Source: Gammaproteobacteria bacterium (GTDB lineage Bacteria; Pseudomonadota; Gammaproteobacteria; Pseudomonadales; Azotimanducaceae). Taken from it: a DNA stretch of 44,337 nt. Positions 1 through 8,256 of this stretch are shown one piece after another. The stretch covers positions 57,731 through 102,067 of the forward strand of contig PBGU01000007.1 in NCBI GenBank assembly GCA_002719135.1, in the 5' to 3' direction. Position 1 is the first letter of the stretch; each line of letters begins with the position of its first letter. Both the position numbers and the translations under genes were made by a program. A model generated the notes under the pieces. It searched no databases. It saw nothing but the letters and a program-made list of their open reading frames with translations, and was not told the origin of the DNA.

Positions 1-507
1 GTTCTCTGCTATCGCCTCCACCGTGTAGCCTTCCGGAACCAACGTCCAACCACGCGTTTCAGGTGGATAACAGAGGCCATAATCGGCACATCCCTGGTAC
101 GTAATTCTGATCCGTAAGGGACCGGTTTGTTCGATGACCGGAATACGGACGTTTACTTCGTCGTAATAGACCTCCACTTCCCCGAAGTAGTCGTCAACTT
201 TTTCTATACCAACTGGAATGATCGGCTGTCCAAGCGTCCCGCCTGAATCCAATGCAAACGCGAAGCGATGTCGGTAAAGGTAATACCCGGGCGGCATACG
301 CCAACGCACTTCGATGTGGCCATTATCCGATAGCGACACATCCATCTGATAGGCTTCGTCGACACTGAGAAACGTTGGTTGTTCCGTCAGAACGTCTGTC
401 CCAGCAAAATTTACCGGGCTCTCGGCTGTCGCAGTCAAAGACATCACGACCATCGCCGCCATCGAGGCGACGGTCCGGACAATCCATTGGGGGGTCACAA
501 GCAGCAT
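1..507 (-). CDS. dsbD: Thiol:disulfide interchange protein DsbD, N-terminal (alpha) domain; 3' end lies outside the window
   Basis: Absent from the ORF track because it runs off the window edge. My translation of the minus strand from the ATG at 507-505 gives MLLVTPQWIVRTVASMAAMVVMSLTATA (signal peptide), then FLSVDEAYQMDV, PPGYYLYRHRF and ITYQGCADYGLCYPPE. This matches the DsbD alpha domain, including its cysteine pair. The frame stays open to position 1. Confidence 0.75.
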   Translation of the reverse strand, partial: MLLVTPQWIVRTVASMAAMVVMSLTATAESPVNFAGTDVLTEQPTFLSVDEAYQMDVSLSDNGHIEVRWRMPPGYYLYRHRFAFALDSGGTLGQPIIPVGIEKVDDYFGEVEVYYDEVNVRIPVIEQTGPLRIRITYQGCADYGLCYPPETRGWTLVPEGYTVEAIAEN

Positions 508-596
508 GACGAAATTGTCTCTCGTTGCGAGCGATAGAACGCGGCGTGTTTGTACACTATATATGGCATCGGAAACCAGGAATCATTGACAAGCAC

Positions 597-1274
597 ATGC
601 GCCTTCTATCCCTTTTCGTATCGGTAGCGCTCGCGCTAGGCGCATGTTCCGTGATTCCCCCCTCGTCGACGCCTCCGCCAACGGTTCCTAACGCCATTGA
701 TTGGGATCGCGTTGAATATCTTTTGAATCGCGCCGAAATCGCCCTTAACAAAGGTCAGCTCGACGCGCCAAACGACGATAACGCATTCGCGTGGTATCAA
801 CGGGTGCTGGAAATCGCGCCCGATCAACCGGACGCGACCTACGGGCTCGAACGCATCGTCGAACGATATATCGAGCGCGCGATGGCTGCGATCGCCCGAG
901 AAGCCTGGATAGCCGCACGTGCCGAACTCGATTTCGCCGAACAAATCGACCGCGATTCCGCCGGGATCCTTGTCCTACGCCGCCAGATAAAACTGCTTGA
1001 AAATGCGCGTCGGTGGTCGCTGACTTTGCCTGCCGACGAAGTGCGCCGACGTAGTCGGTTCGCTTCGCTGAAACTCAACAATTTCAGCCCGACAGCACGT
1101 GCATCCAACGCGAGAGTGATGATACGTGCCGGCAGTGATGCCGACGGCCGATGGATGTACGAGCAGCTCAACGATGGACCAGGACAACGTCGCATCCGAG
1201 GAGAGATCGAAATCGGATTACCACCACAGGTACGCGTATTGGTAATGCCGTTGGAGGACCCAAGTGCACGCTAG
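597..1274 (+). CDS. Putative lipoprotein with a helical TPR-like region, unknown function
   Basis: ORF 525..1274. The TTG at 525 is unlikely. The in-frame ATG at 597 gives MRLLSLFVSVALALGAC, a signal peptide plus lipobox (L-G-A-C). No family recognised. Confidence 0.6.
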   Translation: MRLLSLFVSVALALGACSVIPPSSTPPPTVPNAIDWDRVEYLLNRAEIALNKGQLDAPNDDNAFAWYQRVLEIAPDQPDATYGLERIVERYIERAMAAIAREAWIAARAELDFAEQIDRDSAGILVLRRQIKLLENARRWSLTLPADEVRRRSRFASLKLNNFSPTARASNARVMIRAGSDADGRWMYEQLNDGPGQRRIRGEIEIGLPPQVRVLVMPLEDPSAR

Positions 1275-1713
1275 GTGTTTTCTGAGTTTGCTCACGTTGA
1301 TTACGCTAGCGGTTCCCATCGTCGCGAACGAACGCGTCAGCTTCGACAACGCAATTGTCCGTCAACCACTGACTACACAGGACTTCACTGCTGCATACGT
1401 CGACATTACAAACCATGGGAATACCCGGCTCACAATCGCCAGTGCCGACGCGCCTTGGACCGGAACAATCGAGTTCCACGAGACTGTAATCACCTCCAAT
1501 CGAGCTCGCATGAGGCAGTTAGCACGACTCGTGGTCGAACCAAAAACAACTTTGCGCTTGGCTCCTGGTCACGCCCATATCATGCTATTTCGTTTGAAAC
1601 TGAACAGCACCCCCAATCCCACCATCACGTTCGTGACCACGGATGGCGAGCGCTTGCCGGCCTCTTTTGACGTCAAATCCATCGATGCAATGGGCGATCT
1701 TAAGATTCACTAA
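1264..1713 (+). CDS. Periplasmic copper chaperone PCu(A)C (DUF461 family)
   Basis: GTG start with a hydrophobic signal peptide (LSLLTLITLAVPIVA). The exact H-X10-M-X21-H-X-M copper motif is visible: FHETVITSNRARM, then 21 residues, then HIM. Confidence 0.8.
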   Translation: MHARCFLSLLTLITLAVPIVANERVSFDNAIVRQPLTTQDFTAAYVDITNHGNTRLTIASADAPWTGTIEFHETVITSNRARMRQLARLVVEPKTTLRLAPGHAHIMLFRLKLNSTPNPTITFVTTDGERLPASFDVKSIDAMGDLKIH

Positions 1714-1857
1714 ACGGCGTCTGCCTAGACTAAAAGCCTCCCCCTGCTTTTCAACACTCATAGTTCAATGGAACTGGGGCTCACCCGAGACACGTCGTCG
1801 ATTGAAGCCGATGATTCGTCTTGTAGCACCACTGCGCCTACGGTAGAGTCCCCGTCC

Positions 1858-1892
1858 GAAAACCTTACAACAAGCGGTTCGCAAAGGTTTTC
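1858..1892. promoter_or_regulatory. 9-bp perfect inverted repeat (GAAAACCTT-N17-AAGGTTTTC) about 40 nt upstream of the hppA start
   Basis: Read directly: left arm 1858-1866, right arm 1884-1892. The loop contains a GCG-gtt-CGC mini-hairpin. Function (operator, leader hairpin or weak terminator of the upstream gene) is unknown. Confidence 0.3.
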
Positions 1893-1930
1893 TTAGTTGG
1901 AATTACCTCAAGCAACAATGGATCTTCTTC

Positions 1931-3976
1931 ATGACTGATGTGCAGATTTCCCTAATGTGTGGCGTGCTTGCCTTGCTCTATGGAGGCTGGGCTGTACGGT
2001 CCGTGATGTCCGCCGATGCCGGTTCAGATCGTATGCGCGAAATTGCAGGTGCAATTCAAGAAGGTGCAACGGCTTATCTCAACCGTCAATACCTCACTAT
2101 CGGCGTTGTTGGGGTTGTGGTTGCACTGGTTCTTTGGCTAGCGCTTTCCACATTAGTCGCAATCGGCTTTGTCGTCGGTGCCGTGCTTTCCGGTATCGCT
2201 GGCTACATCGGCATGAACGTTTCAGTACGAGCCAACGTTCGTACCACGCAGGCCGCCATGACTGGGCTCAAGCCCGCACTCGCGATCGCTTTTAAATCGG
2301 GCGCGGTCACTGGCATGCTCGTCGTCGGCCTCGGGCTCATCGGCGTCGCTGGGTATTACGCCATTCTCAAAAGTATGGGTCTTGAGGGACGCCTCCTGAT
2401 CGAACCATTGGTCGCGCTGTCGTTCGGCGCATCCTTAATTTCGATCTTTGCTCGCCTTGGCGGCGGTATCTTTACAAAAGGTGCTGACGTTGGTGCCGAT
2501 CTTGTCGGCAAAGTCGAAGCCGGTATTCCCGAAGACGATCCACGCAATGCTGCAGTCATTGCCGACAACGTCGGCGACAACGTCGGCGATTGTGCCGGTA
2601 TGGCCGCCGACCTGTTTGAAACCTACGCGGTCACTATTGTCGCCACCATGTTGCTGGCAACCATTAAATTTTCGGGCGCTGATCAGCTAAGCGCTATTGA
2701 GATGCCCATGCTTATTGGAGGCGTCTGCATTATTGCGTCCGTTATCGGAGCGTTTTGTGTCCGACTTGGAAGCTCGGAAAATATCATGGGGGCGCTCTAC
2801 AAAGGCTTTATCGCCACCGCGGTCATTTCCGGACTCTTAATTTTCTTCGTAACCGATCACATGTTCCCTGGTGATGAAGGTCGACAGTTCTTTTACTGCG
2901 CGCTGGTGGGATTGGTCGTCACCGGACTCATCGTCTGGGTAACTGAATACTACACGTCAACAGAATATCGTCCTGTCAAGTCGATCGCTCGTGCATCGGA
3001 AACCGGACACGGCACCAATGTAATTCAAGGCCTCGCGATTTCGATGGAAGCAACCGCTGTCCCGGCCATCATCGTCGCGGTTGGTATTGTCGCCGCATTC
3101 CAATTTGCTGGTATTTATGGAATCGCCATCGCCGCGACAACAATGCTCGCGCTAGCAGGTATGGTGGTGGCACTCGACGCGTATGGCCCAGTAACAGACA
3201 ACGCCGGCGGTATTGCCGAAATGAGCGATCTCGATGCAGACGTCCGTAAAACCACCGATGCCCTTGACGCGGTCGGCAACACGACCAAGGCAGTCACCAA
3301 GGGTTACGCCATCGCCTCAGCCGGCCTCGCGGCGCTTGTGTTATTCAACGCCTACACCTACGACCTGGCACACTTCTTTCCCAATTTGGACATTGGCTTT
3401 GAATTGTCGGACCCCTTCATCGTTATCGGACTTCTTATCGGAGGCATGCTGCCTTATCTCTTCGGCGCGCTCGGAATGCAGGCCGTCGGCAGGGCGGGCG
3501 GCGCGGTGGTTGAGGAAGTACGCCGGCAGTTTCGCGAGATGCCAGGCATTATGGATGGCACAACCCGGCCCGATTACACCAAAGCCGTTGACTTACTGAC
3601 CCGATCAGCAATCCGAGAAATGATCGTCCCATCAATGCTGCCCGTACTCGCACCTATTGTCGTGTATTACGTGCTCAACTTAGTCTTCGATCAAGCGAGT
3701 GCTTTGAGTGCCGTCGGAGCGATGCTTCTTGGAACGATTGTCACCGGTCTATTTGTCGCAATCTCGATGACGGCTGGCGGTGGGGCTTGGGATAACGCCA
3801 AAAAGTACATCGAAGACGGCAACCACGGTGGGAAGGGATCCGAAGCCCACAAGGCCGCGGTAACGGGCGACACGGTAGGGGATCCCTACAAGGACACGGC
3901 GGGCCCTGCAATCAACCCGATGATTAAAATCATCAACATTGTTGCGATCCTGTTGCTGGCAGCGATAGGAGCATAG
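1931..3976 (+). CDS. hppA: Membrane-bound H+-translocating pyrophosphatase, K+-independent type
   Basis: 681 aa polytopic protein with hallmark motifs [40 protein letters not shown] and [14 protein letters not shown]. The [10 protein letters not shown] motif (Lys, not Ala) marks the K+-independent subfamily. Confidence 0.95.
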   Translation: MTDVQISLMCGVLALLYGGWAVRSVMSADAGSDRMREIAGAIQEGATAYLNRQYLTIGVVGVVVALVLWLALSTLVAIGFVVGAVLSGIAGYIGMNVSVRANVRTTQAAMTGLKPALAIAFKSGAVTGMLVVGLGLIGVAGYYAILKSMGLEGRLLIEPLVALSFGASLISIFARLGGGIFTKGADVGADLVGKVEAGIPEDDPRNAAVIADNVGDNVGDCAGMAADLFETYAVTIVATMLLATIKFSGADQLSAIEMPMLIGGVCIIASVIGAFCVRLGSSENIMGALYKGFIATAVISGLLIFFVTDHMFPGDEGRQFFYCALVGLVVTGLIVWVTEYYTSTEYRPVKSIARASETGHGTNVIQGLAISMEATAVPAIIVAVGIVAAFQFAGIYGIAIAATTMLALAGMVVALDAYGPVTDNAGGIAEMSDLDADVRKTTDALDAVGNTTKAVTKGYAIASAGLAALVLFNAYTYDLAHFFPNLDIGFELSDPFIVIGLLIGGMLPYLFGALGMQAVGRAGGAVVEEVRRQFREMPGIMDGTTRPDYTKAVDLLTRSAIREMIVPSMLPVLAPIVVYYVLNLVFDQASALSAVGAMLLGTIVTGLFVAISMTAGGGAWDNAKKYIEDGNHGGKGSEAHKAAVTGDTVGDPYKDTAGPAINPMIKIINIVAILLLAAIGA

Positions 3977-4043
3977 ACGCCCCTGTACAACGGGCGTTCC
4001 GCGCACGCGAACGCTCGCCAGTCGCTGCGTTGTCACGCGACGT

Positions 4044-5315
4044 TTAAGCCTCGAGAGAGAACGCCGGTAATTTTTTCGCCGTGAGTTCTGCTTTCAATCG
4101 CGTGTACTGCGGCAGCCCTTGCTTGTACCTCGGATAATCCTCGCCACGAATCAACGGCGCTAAATAGCGTCGTGCACGCGCGGTAATGCCAAATCCATCC
4201 TGCGCGATGTACGACTTTGGCATCGTTCGCTCTACGTTCGCGACTCGATGAAGAGGCGCTTCACCCACCGTCCACCGATAGGGCAAATCCGAGGTTCTGC
4301 GAATCGTCATCATGATCCCGTCTTTGCCCCGAATCGCACGTTCGACGGCCGCCTTTCCCACCGCGTACGCCTGATCGACATCGGTTTTTGATGCGATGTG
4401 GCGTGCGGCGCGCTGCAGATAATCGGCAACTGCCCAATGATACTTATAACCGTGTTTATCGTTGATCATCGCCGCAATCGTCGGCGCTACCCCGCCCAAC
4501 TGAACATGACCAAACGCGTCAAGGTTGCCGGTATCCGCGAGAAACCGTCCATTAGCGTAACGCGCGCCTTCCGACACCACGATGACACAAAATCCACGCG
4601 TATCGACGGTCTTCTTCACCTTTCTAAGGAACTTGACCTTCGAGAACGGTACTTCAGGAAACACGATGACGTGGGGTGCGTCGCCCGGTTTGTCAGCCGC
4701 AAGACCACCCGCCGCGGCAATCCAACCTGCATGTCGACCCATGACCTCCATGATGAAGACCTTGGTTGAGGTCTCACACATTGACGCCACGTCCATTGCG
4801 GCTTCACGCACAGAAACGGCAACGTATTTGGCAACGCTGCCAAAACCCGGGCAGGTATCGGTAAACGGCAAGTCGTTGTCGACCGTTTTTGGAATACCCA
4901 CGCAGCGGATGGGATAACCCAATCGCTTCCCAAGTTGGGAAACTTTATGCGCGGTATCCTGCGAGTCTCCGCCACCGTTATAAAAAAAATAGCCGATATC
5001 GTGGGCACGGAATACTTCGATCAGCCGGCGATATTCACGTTCGTTTTCTTCGAGCGATTTCAGTTTGTATCGGCACGAACCAAAAGCGCCACTCGGGGTA
5101 GACCGGAGACCCGCGATTGCACGTGCGCTTTCTCTGCCCGTATCTATTAATTCTTCTGTGAGCGCACCAAGAATCCCGTTATTCGCCGCAAAAACACGCC
5201 CGATGACGTCTTTGTGTTTGCGCGCAGTTTCGATGACACCGCAAGCACTGGCATTGATCACGGCGGTAACCCCGCCCGACTGCGCGTACAGCGCGTTGCT
5301 CCGCGTCATGACCAT
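4044..5315 (-). CDS. pfp: 6-phosphofructokinase, probably pyrophosphate-dependent (PPi-PFK)
   Basis: PFK family A motifs are present: YAQSGGVTAVINAS, NGGGDSQDT, GIPKTVDNDL and MGRHAGW. ATP-PFKs carry Gly in PGTIDND; the Lys in PKTVDND here is the classic PPi marker. ATG at 5315 (MVMTRSNALYAQSGG) is preferred over the track start at 5354. Confidence 0.85.
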   Translation of the reverse strand: MVMTRSNALYAQSGGVTAVINASACGVIETARKHKDVIGRVFAANNGILGALTEELIDTGRESARAIAGLRSTPSGAFGSCRYKLKSLEENEREYRRLIEVFRAHDIGYFFYNGGGDSQDTAHKVSQLGKRLGYPIRCVGIPKTVDNDLPFTDTCPGFGSVAKYVAVSVREAAMDVASMCETSTKVFIMEVMGRHAGWIAAAGGLAADKPGDAPHVIVFPEVPFSKVKFLRKVKKTVDTRGFCVIVVSEGARYANGRFLADTGNLDAFGHVQLGGVAPTIAAMINDKHGYKYHWAVADYLQRAARHIASKTDVDQAYAVGKAAVERAIRGKDGIMMTIRRTSDLPYRWTVGEAPLHRVANVERTMPKSYIAQDGFGITARARRYLAPLIRGEDYPRYKQGLPQYTRLKAELTAKKLPAFSLEA

Positions 5316-5375
5316 TCCCAAAGTGTGAATGTCGGGATTCTCAGGGATCCACACAATTTATGCGACAATTTCCGC

Positions 5376-5873
5376 ATGCTCGCCGTTGTTCAGTTGTTTT
5401 GGAACATCGCCCTGTTTCGGGACGGCCCGGAAAAGGCACCTTCACACCCCTACTTCATTGCTTTGTTGGTAGCGCTGCAGACGGTGCTCACCGTATTCAC
5501 CCAGTTGTTCGGACCAGGTGTGATGTCCGAAAGTTCTGGTCTAAACGGGATACAACTCCTACCCACCTACGGTGCGCTCGCCGTCACGGCCCTCATGACA
5601 TGGGGCGCACTCCGACTCGTTGGATTCCATCAAAGGTTCTATCAAACTTTCGCTGCGATGACGGGCGTTGACCTCGTCCTCGGTATTCTGATGCTGCTCG
5701 TGCTCCAGCTCACGGGGAGCGTCCTGATCGCAATCCCCTTCCTTCTTTGGAGCCTCGCTGCGTCGGGATTCATTCTTCACCGAGCAATGAGTGTCGACAT
5801 GACGCGCGCCGTTGGCATCGCACTCCTCATCGCAATCGCGAGTTACAGCGTAAGCTCAACGTTAGCAACATGA
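5376..5873 (+). CDS. Small polytopic inner-membrane protein, unknown function
   Basis: Track ORF 5214..5873 overlaps pfp. The in-frame ATG at 5376 (MLAVVQLFWNIALF) removes that overlap. It has several hydrophobic helices. Its stop overlaps the mpl start (ATGA at 5870-5873), suggesting co-translation with mpl. Confidence 0.55.
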   Translation: MLAVVQLFWNIALFRDGPEKAPSHPYFIALLVALQTVLTVFTQLFGPGVMSESSGLNGIQLLPTYGALAVTALMTWGALRLVGFHQRFYQTFAAMTGVDLVLGILMLLVLQLTGSVLIAIPFLLWSLAASGFILHRAMSVDMTRAVGIALLIAIASYSVSSTLAT

Positions 5874-7270
5874 GCGAGCGCGTCTACTTTCTCGGAATCG
5901 GTGGCACCCTCATGGGTAGCTTGGCGTTACTCGCGAAGGAATCCGGTTTTGAAGTGGCTGGATCAGACGGTCCTATTTATCCACCGATGAGCGAGCAGCT
6001 CGCAAATGCGGGGATAACGGTCAATCAAGGCTTCGCCCCATCACACCTTGATCCAATACCCGAAAAAATCGTCATCGGTAACGCCGAGCGCCCAAGGGGC
6101 GATCCCGCTGTGGAATTCGTACTCAACCAAAATCTCGACTACACCTCGGGTGCCGCTTGGCTCGGTGAAAACATTTTACGAGATCGATGGGTGATTGCGA
6201 TCGCGGGAACTCACGGCAAGACTACGACAACGAGCATGGTTGCGTGGATTCTGGAGTACGCTGGACTTGATCCGGGTTTCCTGATCGGCGGTGTCCCCAA
6301 CAACTTCGGTATATCGGCCCGCCTTGGGGAGAGCCCATTTTTCGTCGTTGAAGCCGACGAATACGATACTTCGTATTTCGACCGGCGCTCGAAGTTCGTC
6401 CACTACCGTCCGAAGACGTTGGTCATCAACAATCTTGAGTACGATCACGCCGATATTTTCAAGGATCTCGACGCCATCCAGACCCAGTTCCACCACCTCA
6501 TCCGCACTGTCCCCAGTGACGGATTGATCGTCGCCCCACGACAATCATCGGCCGTCGACGAGGTGTTACGACAAGGCTGTTGGACACCGGTCGCTAGATT
6601 CGCTGCCATGGAAGAAAAAGGATTACAACGGATCGACATGGACAACGGCGAATCGTGGCACGCGTCCGCGATGACGTCAGATGGAAGTCGCTTTACCGTC
6701 ATCTTAGACGATGCCGCGCTAGGAACGGTCGAGTGGGCGCTACTCGGCGTGCACAACGTCGATAACGCACTGACTGCTATTGCCGCAGCTCGCCATGCGG
6801 GCGTTCCCACCGACGTTGCCATCGAAGCGCTGGGCCAGTTTAAAGGTGTCAAACGGCGGTTGCAGCTCTTTGCGGAGAAAGATGGGCTTCGTTGTTACGA
6901 CGATTTTGCTCATCATCCCTCTGCCATTCGTACGACACTGCAGGGCCTTAGGAATCACGTGGGCAGCGAGCGCATCGTTGCAATCATCGAACCGCGAACA
7001 CACACCATGTCCCTCGGCACCCTTCGCGAGGATCTCTACCATTGCACCGCTCCAGCGGATGAGGTCATTTGGTTCCGCAGCGAAAACATCCAGTGGGACT
7101 TAACCGACTTGGTTAATGCGAGCCTAACCGCTGCGTCCGTCGAAAATGACATCGATCGACTCGTCGATCGAATCAGCGCATACGTCGGCAATACCTGTCA
7201 TGTCGTGATCATGAGCAACGGGGGCTTCGGCGGCATTTACCAGAAAATCACCCAACGGTTATCTGCGTGA
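5870..7270 (+). CDS. mpl: UDP-N-acetylmuramate:L-alanyl-gamma-D-glutamyl-meso-diaminopimelate ligase (murein peptide ligase)
   Basis: From the ATG at 5870: MSERVYFLGIGGTLMGSLALLAKESGFEVAGSD.IYPPMS, AGTHGKTTTTSM, EADEYDTSYFDRRSKFVHY and NNLEYDHADIF. These are nearly collinear with E. coli Mpl as I recall it. The track ORF start at 5747 is an upstream extension. Confidence 0.9.
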   Translation: MSERVYFLGIGGTLMGSLALLAKESGFEVAGSDGPIYPPMSEQLANAGITVNQGFAPSHLDPIPEKIVIGNAERPRGDPAVEFVLNQNLDYTSGAAWLGENILRDRWVIAIAGTHGKTTTTSMVAWILEYAGLDPGFLIGGVPNNFGISARLGESPFFVVEADEYDTSYFDRRSKFVHYRPKTLVINNLEYDHADIFKDLDAIQTQFHHLIRTVPSDGLIVAPRQSSAVDEVLRQGCWTPVARFAAMEEKGLQRIDMDNGESWHASAMTSDGSRFTVILDDAALGTVEWALLGVHNVDNALTAIAAARHAGVPTDVAIEALGQFKGVKRRLQLFAEKDGLRCYDDFAHHPSAIRTTLQGLRNHVGSERIVAIIEPRTHTMSLGTLREDLYHCTAPADEVIWFRSENIQWDLTDLVNASLTAASVENDIDRLVDRISAYVGNTCHVVIMSNGGFGGIYQKITQRLSA

Positions 7271-7347
7271 TCCGAGATCGGTCACGAGGTCGGAACGACT
7301 TTCTCTGGCGTTGCCCAGCGACATTTATCCCGTACGAATCGTTTTAG

Positions 7348-8256
7348 ATGGAATTGTCGATCGCGAACGCGGCAAATATCGCTGATTTTTCAAGGGATAG
7401 GGGATGGCTCGACGGCCGCTTTAAGTTTGCCGAAATCGCGGGGGAAGGAAACATGAACCTCACCCTACGCATCGTCACCGACGCCGACTCGATCGTACTG
7501 AAACAATCCGTTCCCTATGTCGCGAAATATCCCAACATTCCTGCGCCGATCGATCGGGATCGTGTCGAAGCCGCTTTTTATCAGTCCCTCAAAGGGATGC
7601 CCATGGCGGCCGTCATGCCAATATTTATAGGACATGCACCCGAGTACCATCTACTGGCTTTCGAAGATCTTGGGCCCGCCTCGGATTGCACCGACATTTA
7701 CAGCGACGTGGCGCTCGATTCTGATATTCCAGAACTCCTTTCATGGCTTCGTGATTTACACCAGTTGCACATCGAATCTAACGTATTCACCAACCGAGAC
7801 ATGCGTATGCTAAATCACGCCCATATCTTTGAAATTCCCTTCGAAGATCACGGCTCAAACGATCTTACTTTGCGGGCGAAAGAGCTTGGAAACGTTTATT
7901 TGAGTGATGGGCCTACGTTACTTCACGGCGATTTCTATCCCGGTAGTTGGCTGCGCACGACCCAGGGTGTTCGCGTCATCGACCCGGAATTCGCATTTGC
8001 CGGAGCAGCGGAATTCGATCTCGGCGTCTTCGCCGCTCACTTGGCCTTCGCCGGATTGGACGATGCGGCGATCCGAGCTGCCTTCGACCATTACCAGCCC
8101 GCCAACCCGTTCGACCTGCGTCTCGCGCTAGGCTTCGCCGGCGTTGAAGTTTTACGCAGACTTTGGGGTATCGCCACATTACCCTTACCGGAAAACCGGG
8201 GGGACCAAGATTTAGTGTGGATCGAGTGGGCAACTGCGCGCGTTCTGGACGTATGA
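7348..8256 (+). CDS. APH-fold phosphotransferase, short 5-methylthioribose-kinase (MtnK)-like
   Basis: GEGNMNLTLRIV..SIVLKQSVPYV...IDRDRVEAAFY resembles the MtnK N-lobe. The catalytic loop is LLHGDFYPGSW (HGD-x4-S as in MtnK, rather than HxD-x4-N). The metal site is VIDPEFAFAG. At 302 aa it is shorter than canonical MtnK. Confidence 0.7.
   Translation: MELSIANAANIADFSRDRGWLDGRFKFAEIAGEGNMNLTLRIVTDADSIVLKQSVPYVAKYPNIPAPIDRDRVEAAFYQSLKGMPMAAVMPIFIGHAPEYHLLAFEDLGPASDCTDIYSDVALDSDIPELLSWLRDLHQLHIESNVFTNRDMRMLNHAHIFEIPFEDHGSNDLTLRAKELGNVYLSDGPTLLHGDFYPGSWLRTTQGVRVIDPEFAFAGAAEFDLGVFAAHLAFAGLDDAAIRAAFDHYQPANPFDLRLALGFAGVEVLRRLWGIATLPLPENRGDQDLVWIEWATARVLDV

Noticed and set aside
2564-2587. A perfect 12-nt tandem duplication GACAACGTCGGC x2.
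   Set aside because: It encodes the conserved DNVGDNVGD motif of membrane pyrophosphatases. It is a protein-level repeat, not a genomic repeat element.
3977-3997. Hairpin ACGCCC-N9-GGGCGT directly after the hppA stop, plus two weaker 4-5-bp stems up to about 4040. Considered as a bidirectional terminator for hppA and pfp.
   Set aside because: The stem is only 6 bp with a 9-nt loop and there is no flanking T or A tract. The support is too weak to annotate as an intrinsic terminator.
5747-5869. N-terminal extensions of track ORFs. Examples are mpl from 5747, the hydrolase from 8163, the SDR from 16714, DUF2628 from 18365, the ACAD up to 42055, pfp up to 5354 and nuoI, nuoM and nuoN upstream starts.
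   Set aside because: The extensions overlap neighbouring genes and are compositionally non-protein-like. Homolog N-termini correspond to the internal starts, several of which sit in ATGA/GTGA coupling junctions.
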